Source: Acidobacteriota bacterium (GTDB taxonomy: Bacteria > Acidobacteriota > UBA890 > WLXD01). Taken from it: a stretch of 64,000 bases of DNA. The notes beneath the pieces are model-generated. The model worked only from the letters and a program-made list of their open reading frames with translations, searched no databases and was not told where the DNA came from. Location: NCBI GenBank assembly GCA_963666055.2, contig CAXWPH010000015.1, positions 2,144,001-2,208,000 on the forward strand, written 5' to 3'. The translations under genes were made by a program, and so were the position numbers. Below, piece by piece: positions 58,577-64,000 of the stretch. How positions within the stretch are numbered: the stretch's first letter is position 1; each line of letters begins with the position of its first letter.

Positions 58577-58996
58577 ATGAGTGGGCAGGTTCAGCGAGGC
58601 GGGTTCAGCCTGGTCGAGGTCATGGTCGCCCTCTTGATGCTGGCGATCACCATGTTGGGTATGGTGCGCGTCCTCGGCGCTGCAGTCGACCTGACCGGTG
58701 CCGCGGAGAATCATCGCAGGGCCCTCGACGCCGTTGGCGCTGTGGCGCAGACGGCGGCGCCCGGAATCGACTATCCAGGCGGCCGTCGCCCGGTGTCGTC
58801 GCCCGGACTGGATGGACTTCCGGGCACCGCGGATGACCCGTCACCCTCGGCGCCGGGTTGCCAACGACAGGTCGATGCACTCGCAAGCGCCTCACCACAG
58901 TGGCTCTGGGTCCGTGCCTGGTGTGGGGTGGCGGCGGGCTCCGATGCCGAAGGATCGGGGTCGCCGGCGAGCGCGAGGTTGCTGGTGGCTCGGTGA
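58577..58996 (+). CDS. PilV-like minor pilin
   Basis: GFSLVEVMVALLML prepilin motif; GLDG.PGT.DD. Confidence 0.7.
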   Translation: MSGQVQRGGFSLVEVMVALLMLAITMLGMVRVLGAAVDLTGAAENHRRALDAVGAVAQTAAPGIDYPGGRRPVSSPGLDGLPGTADDPSPSAPGCQRQVDALASASPQWLWVRAWCGVAAGSDAEGSGSPASARLLVAR

Positions 58997-59803
58997 GAAG
59001 GGATGGGGGGCACGTGCTCGTCGAGCTGCTGGTGGCCTCATCCTGTACCGGGCTGCTGGCGGCAGGAGTGCTCGGCCTGATGGTGAACACTGCCGGCACC
59101 GTCCACGATCGGTTGACGCGACTCGATGCCACGATGCGCGCCGCGCGCTGTGCCGAGGAACTGTCCCGGGACCTCCGCCGCTCGGCACGAGGGCTGGAGT
59201 CGCGCCTACCCCTGATCACCTCCGCCGGCATCGTCGGTGTTGTCGAGCCGGACGCGGCAGGCGCGAACGTGGCGTTGGCGCTACCGATGGCGGCCCCCGT
59301 GGAAGTGGACGAACTGGTGGACGGTAGGTATCGAGTCGCCACGCCCGGGGCGCTAGCGGTCGGCATGCAGGTAGCTGTGGTCGGCTTGGCCGATGCTGCC
59401 CCTGCTGTGCCTGTGGCCGCCGTGGTGAGGGCAGGGCGGGTCTCCTCCGAGGGGCTCGTCGAGGTGGCGTGGAACGCTAGCCAGCTCCGCATTCTTCGCG
59501 AACACGGGCCGGTGAGAGCGCTGGTTCCTCTGACGCTGCGGACCTATCAGATCCGGCCTGCCAGGACGGGTGCGGAGCTGATACGTCGTGACGACGGCGG
59601 AAGATGGCAGCCGGTGGTGGACGGTCTCGCAGGCGTCGAAATCGACTATGGTCTGGTGGGGGATCCCGGCACTCAGCAGCTCAGGGCCCCGGCGTCGCTG
59701 TCGCTGCCAGCAGCGATCGTGGTGGCGCGAGTCGACTGTGCGGGCGCGCGCCGCCGGCACGCTCGTACATGCAGTCCAGTGGGCGGGGATCGGGCGACGA
59801 TGA
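58993..59803 (+). CDS. PilW-like minor pilin (divergent; probable frameshift near 59745 fuses it to the next gene)
   Basis: GHVLVELLVA prepilin-like, L.RDLR.. motif, QPVVDG...EIDYG; alternative-frame stop at 59803 makes an ATGA overlap. Confidence 0.55.
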
Positions 59804-60336
59804 GCCGCTTTGCAGATGGTGGCGCCGCGTTGCTCTTGGTTATCGGCGCGACGTCGGTGTTGGCCATGCTCAGCGGGTTGATGCTGGTTGCGGCCTTGGC
59901 CTCATACGAAGCGCGGTCGTACCGCGCCGACCTCGTTCAGGCGCGTGCCCTGGCCGATGCCGTAGTGCTGCAGGCAATGGTTGCCCTCGGTGACGGTAGC
60001 CTGCCCTGGCCGACACCATCGCGGCCGGTAAGCGTGCGCAACGGAGTTCTGGAGGCGTCGAGGTCGGCTGTCCCAGTGGCCGTCTTTCCGACGCCGCCGT
60101 GGACCGATTGGCCACCGGCGGTGCATTCGGCGTCGCTCCCTGGCGCGTCGGTTCTGGGCCTTGGCGCCACCGCCACCCTGTCACGCGTCGTCGGGCCAGG
60201 AGGCGACCTACGGACGGTTGGCGACCCCGCAGCACACTTGGTCGAACTTGACGTCGTTGCCTGGTTTCGTCGTGCGCGCGTCGAACATCGCGCCCGTCTT
60301 TGGATTGCTGTGGGCGCCGCCGGCCGGATCGATTGA
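59800..60336 (+). CDS. PilX-like minor pilin
   Basis: G/AALLLVI hydrophobic helix without E5, QARALAD motif. Confidence 0.55.
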   Translation: MSRFADGGAALLLVIGATSVLAMLSGLMLVAALASYEARSYRADLVQARALADAVVLQAMVALGDGSLPWPTPSRPVSVRNGVLEASRSAVPVAVFPTPPWTDWPPAVHSASLPGASVLGLGATATLSRVVGPGGDLRTVGDPAAHLVELDVVAWFRRARVEHRARLWIAVGAAGRID

Positions 60337-60464
60337 CGCGCTGCAGTGGGCGTCCGAGAATTCGCCATCTACTTCTACCACGGCCTGCTAGTGTCCGGCA
60401 ACGAACCTCTGTTACCGAACACTAACTGACGTCACCCAATCGCGGCCAAGGAGCGCTGATCCCT

Positions 60465-61802
60465 GTGGAGGCGAAGTCTCGCCGAACTATATTCGACAAC
60501 CGCTTGACGCTACTGACAGAACGGATCCCAACGGTCCGGTCAGCTTCGATCGGCATCTGGGTCAAAAGGGGCTCGCGCGACGAGCAGCCGCAGCACCATG
60601 GCGTGGCCCACTTCGTCGAACATATGCTGTTCAAAGGTACGTCGACACGCAGCGCCCGCGATATAGCCGTCGAGATCGATGCCATGGGGGGACATCTCGA
60701 TGCCTTCACGTCACATGAGCTGGCCGGTTACTACGCGCAAGTACTCGATGAGCGGCTGTCCGATGCCTTTGATCTGTTGGCGGATCTGGTCTGCAATCCG
60801 AGCTTCGAGGCCAAGGAGATGGAGCGCGAGCGCGGCGTCATTCTCGAGGAGATAGCTTCGGCCCAGGACGATCCCGAAGACGTACTCTTCGAGTCGTTCC
60901 TGTGCCGCTTCTGGGAGGACCATCCGATGGGTCGGCCGATTCTCGGCACGCCAGAAACCGTTGGCCGGTTGCAGACAGGTGACCTACGCGACTTCGTCAA
61001 CACCATCGGCGCTGCTGACATCGTCGTGACGGCCGCTGGCAACCTCGACCACGAGCACATGCAGCAACTCATCGGCGAGCGGCTGTCGGGAATGAATCCC
61101 GGTACGGGTGCAACTGGGCGAAGCCGACCCCACGCTCACGCGCACGTGCACGTGCTAGAGCGCCAACAGCTCGAACAGGTGCAGTTATACATCGCCTGCG
61201 AGGCGCCCTCGGGCCGCGACGACGATCGCTTTGCGGTGCAGGTGCTCAACGCGCTCCTCGGTGGAACGGTCTCTTCGCGGCTCTTCCAGTCGATCCGCGA
61301 AGAGCGTGGGCTCGCCTACAGCGTGTATTCGACGCAGGCGGCATATTCCGACACCGGCTATTTGTTGGTTTCGGCCGGGACTCGACCTCCGCACGTCGAA
61401 CAGGTCGTGAGCCTGATCCTCGAGGAGTTTCGTCGTCTGCAAGAGTCACATGTCACCGACGAAGAGCTGGCGCGCGTGAAGGCCCATCTCAAGGGCAGCC
61501 TCGTGCTGTCGCTCGAAGGCACCTCGGGTCGCATGGCTGCGCTGGCGCGCGCCGAGATCAACTTCGGTCGTGTGTTCGACCTCGAGCGTGTGTTGGCAGG
61601 CATCGACGCGGTCGTTTTGGAGGACGTCCGACGAATCGCTGGCAAGCTCTTCGGTGATGAGTTATCGGCTGGCTTCATCGCCCGCCGCGATGCCGCCGAG
61701 AAGCTGCGCGGCGTGTTCGAAGTCGGCGGGCCTCTGCTGGCCAGGCAGACGCAAGCCGAGGACTCGTCGGGTCGCCGCTCGGATACCGACACGGCAACAT
61801 GA
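60465..61802 (+). CDS. M16 (pitrilysin-family) zinc peptidase
   Basis: GSRDE, HFVEHMLFKGT (HxxEH), AFTSHE, ERGVILEEI, SSRLFQSIREERGLAYSV. Confidence 0.95.
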   Translation: MEAKSRRTIFDNRLTLLTERIPTVRSASIGIWVKRGSRDEQPQHHGVAHFVEHMLFKGTSTRSARDIAVEIDAMGGHLDAFTSHELAGYYAQVLDERLSDAFDLLADLVCNPSFEAKEMERERGVILEEIASAQDDPEDVLFESFLCRFWEDHPMGRPILGTPETVGRLQTGDLRDFVNTIGAADIVVTAAGNLDHEHMQQLIGERLSGMNPGTGATGRSRPHAHAHVHVLERQQLEQVQLYIACEAPSGRDDDRFAVQVLNALLGGTVSSRLFQSIREERGLAYSVYSTQAAYSDTGYLLVSAGTRPPHVEQVVSLILEEFRRLQESHVTDEELARVKAHLKGSLVLSLEGTSGRMAALARAEINFGRVFDLERVLAGIDAVVLEDVRRIAGKLFGDELSAGFIARRDAAEKLRGVFEVGGPLLARQTQAEDSSGRRSDTDTAT

Positions 61803-62051
61803 GGCGCGCGGCTACGCTGGTCATGGAGAGATTGGGCTCGTTGTTGCCGCCGGTCGACGGGTCTTGTTGCGGCGCTAGGAATCGCCAGGTGCGCCCCCTT
61901 TGCCTTGCGAGGGTGCACTCTGTAGGTCATCGGGGTGCTGCCGCGGGGCCGACGAGGGACATTCCGGCAACCTGCTAAAATATCGACGCCCCACCCAACC
62001 TGGCCGCCTGCCGTCTTCCTGGAACTGGCCCTCGAAGGGCCTGGCGGATCG

Positions 62052-63404
62052 ATGATTTCCCGGTACTCTCGACCCGAGATGGGGCGTCTCTGGGACGATG
62101 CGGCCGTTTACGCGAGCTGGCTCGAGGTCGAGCTGGCGGCGGCCGAATCGATGGCATGCCGTGGCGTTGTCCCCGCTGCTGTAATGGAACAACTGCGGCG
62201 CATCGAGCCGCCCGATCCCGACCGCGTCAGTAAGATCGAGCGCCGCACCCATCACGACGTGATCGCGTTCCTGGAAGCTATCGAGGAACAGGTCGGTCCG
62301 GCTGTTCGCTACTTGCACCTCGGAATGACGTCGTCGGATGTACTCGACACAGCTCTTGCCCTGCGTTGCGTGCGTGCGCTTGACCTGATTCTCGAAGGCT
62401 GGGCAGCGTTGTCGGAGCTGGTAGAGCGTCGGGCGCTGGAATTCAAGGACTTGCCCTGTATCGGACGCAGCCACGGAGTTCATGCCGAGCCAATGACCTT
62501 CGGGCTCAAGATCTTGAGCTGGCAACAGGAGCTGGTGCGCGGAAGCTCACGATTGCGTCGGGCGCGCGATGTCATCGGCTTCGGCCAGATCTCCGGCGCT
62601 GTCGGAACGTACAACACCGTTGATCCTGAAGTGGAGCGCCAAGCTGTCGAAGCGCTCGGCCTGAAGGTCGAGCCGGTGTCCACCCAGGTTGTGCCACGCG
62701 ACCGTCACGCGGAGCTGTTGGGTCATCTGGCCGTGGTTGCCGCGACGATCGAGCGGATCGCCGTCGAGATTCGGAGCCTGCAGCGCACCGAGCTCCGCGA
62801 AGTGGAAGAGCCGTTCGGATCCACGCAGAAGGGTTCCTCGGTCATGCCCCACAAGCGCAACCCGATCAAGTGCGAGAACTTGGTCGGATTGGCCCGGCTG
62901 GTGCGCGCCTACGCCGGAACCGGGCTGGAGAACGTCGCGCTCTGGCACGAGCGCGACATCTCGCATTCCTCGGCCGAGCGCGTGGCGCTGGCTGACGCAT
63001 GTACCTTGGTCGACTTCATGACCCATCGGATGCGCGGGGTGATCGAAGGCATGCAAGTCTATCCTGAGAACATGTTGCGCAATGTGGAACTCACTAACGG
63101 GCTGGTTTTTTCGAGCCGGGTGCTCGAGCGTCTGATCTTGGCGGGCGTCGTGCGGTCGCAGGCGTACGCGATCATCCAACGCAACGCGATGCTCTGCTGG
63201 GATACCGGTGAGTCCTTCCAGGCGGTGCTCGCCGCCGATGAGGAGCTCACCACCCAACTCGACACCGGGCAGATCGCCGAGTGCTTCGACCTTCGCCACG
63301 TGTTGCGCCATGTCGACTTGATTTTCAAGCGTGTCCTCGGCGAAGCCGCTGGCACCGAACAGGATGTCGGCGCGGGAGTCGACGAGGAGAGGGTGGTGAC
63401 ATGA
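62052..63404 (+). CDS. purB: Adenylosuccinate lyase
   Basis: MISRYSRPEM, HLGMTSSD, GRSHGVHAEP, GSSVMPHKRNP, LWHERDISHSS.ER. Confidence 0.97.
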   Translation: MISRYSRPEMGRLWDDAAVYASWLEVELAAAESMACRGVVPAAVMEQLRRIEPPDPDRVSKIERRTHHDVIAFLEAIEEQVGPAVRYLHLGMTSSDVLDTALALRCVRALDLILEGWAALSELVERRALEFKDLPCIGRSHGVHAEPMTFGLKILSWQQELVRGSSRLRRARDVIGFGQISGAVGTYNTVDPEVERQAVEALGLKVEPVSTQVVPRDRHAELLGHLAVVAATIERIAVEIRSLQRTELREVEEPFGSTQKGSSVMPHKRNPIKCENLVGLARLVRAYAGTGLENVALWHERDISHSSAERVALADACTLVDFMTHRMRGVIEGMQVYPENMLRNVELTNGLVFSSRVLERLILAGVVRSQAYAIIQRNAMLCWDTGESFQAVLAADEELTTQLDTGQIAECFDLRHVLRHVDLIFKRVLGEAAGTEQDVGAGVDEERVVT

Positions 63405-63649
63405 AGGGGCAGGTGGTGGTGCGTCTGCGAGAAGAGGTGCTCGATCCCCAGGGGGTTACGATCGGCAAGGCGCTGGCCAACCTCGGATACGACAACGTGG
63501 CATCGTTGCGACAAGGGAAGATCTTCGATGTCGAGTTGGCCACCGACGACCCGCAGGAAGCGGAGCGCCAGCTCACCGCGATGGCCAAACAGCTGCTCGC
63601 CAATCCGGTAATCGAGACGTTCGAAGTGCACGTGGGATCGAAGGTGTAA
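63401..63649 (+). CDS. purS: Phosphoribosylformylglycinamidine synthase subunit PurS
   Basis: VLDPQG, RQGK, LLANPVIE. Confidence 0.95.
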   Translation: MKGQVVVRLREEVLDPQGVTIGKALANLGYDNVASLRQGKIFDVELATDDPQEAERQLTAMAKQLLANPVIETFEVHVGSKV

Positions 63650-64000
63650 TGCGCGTCGGCGTGGTCTACTTTCCAGGCAGCAACTGCGAGCAGGACGCTG
63701 TATATGCCTGTCGCCAGGTGGGACTGGAGGCCGAGTACGTCTGGCACAAGCAATCTCTGATTGAGGGTTTCGGTGCCCTCATCCTGGCGGGTGGATTTTC
63801 CTACGGCGATCATCTCCGCTGCGGTGCGATTGCCTGCTCGTCGCCGATCATGCCCGCGGTCGAGCGATTTGCCGCCGATGGCGGCCTGGTGCTGGGGATT
63901 TGCAACGGCTTTCAGATTCTCGCCGAGATGGACATGATCCCCGGCACTCTGTTGGCGAACAACGGACTCAAGTTTCGTTGCCAAGACACCCTCATGCGTG
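63649..64000 (+). CDS. purQ: Phosphoribosylformylglycinamidine synthase subunit PurQ (3' truncated)
   Basis: MRVGVVYFPGSNC, GGFSYGDHLRCGAI, LGICNGFQIL. Confidence 0.93.
   Translation, partial: MRVGVVYFPGSNCEQDAVYACRQVGLEAEYVWHKQSLIEGFGALILAGGFSYGDHLRCGAIACSSPIMPAVERFAADGGLVLGICNGFQILAEMDMIPGTLLANNGLKFRCQDTLMR

Noticed and set aside
61803-62051. Purine/ZMP/PRPP riboswitch before purB
   Set aside because: No recognisable aptamer core or terminator; only a possible extended -10 (TGCTAAAAT)

Overview
GC-rich bacterial chromosomal segment, almost entirely + strand, with gene content and order that look Acidobacteria-like (inference). The backbone is housekeeping: tRNA-Gln, prs, rplY, pth, hppA, rpsF, rpsR, rplI, dnaB, alr, mlaEFD, an hsp20, a PIN/TRAM gene, an ECF sigma factor, an M16 peptidase and purB-purS-purQ. 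It carries a T2SS/T4P-like operon (32.2-43.2 kb) and a type IVa pilus locus (pilB, pilT, pilC, pilSR, a sigma54-driven pilin, ABC/TPR accessory genes, pilD, minor pilins; 43.4-60.3 kb). The most unusual content is a luciferase-free LuxE/LuxC + ACP + acyl-AMP ligase + SDR module, flanked by a flippase-like gene, a LbH N-acyltransferase and a GT2 lacking the DxD motif (18.7-26.5 kb). Other glycan-tailoring genes (sxtIJK-like carbamoyltransferase trio, rmlC, rmlD, Gfo/DegT, an MDR oxidoreductase, an epimerase) sit singly inside otherwise conserved operons, including the pilus operons. Other notable items: a pseudopilin with an FG-repeat-like Gly/Gln insertion, a candidate GGA-loop sRNA between pilC and pilS, empty ispE and ispD/F slots, and a 65-bp tandem duplication breaking luxE. 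Several single-base frameshifts, mostly in homopolymers, suggest sequencing indels. No CRISPR array, rRNA or mobile element was seen.
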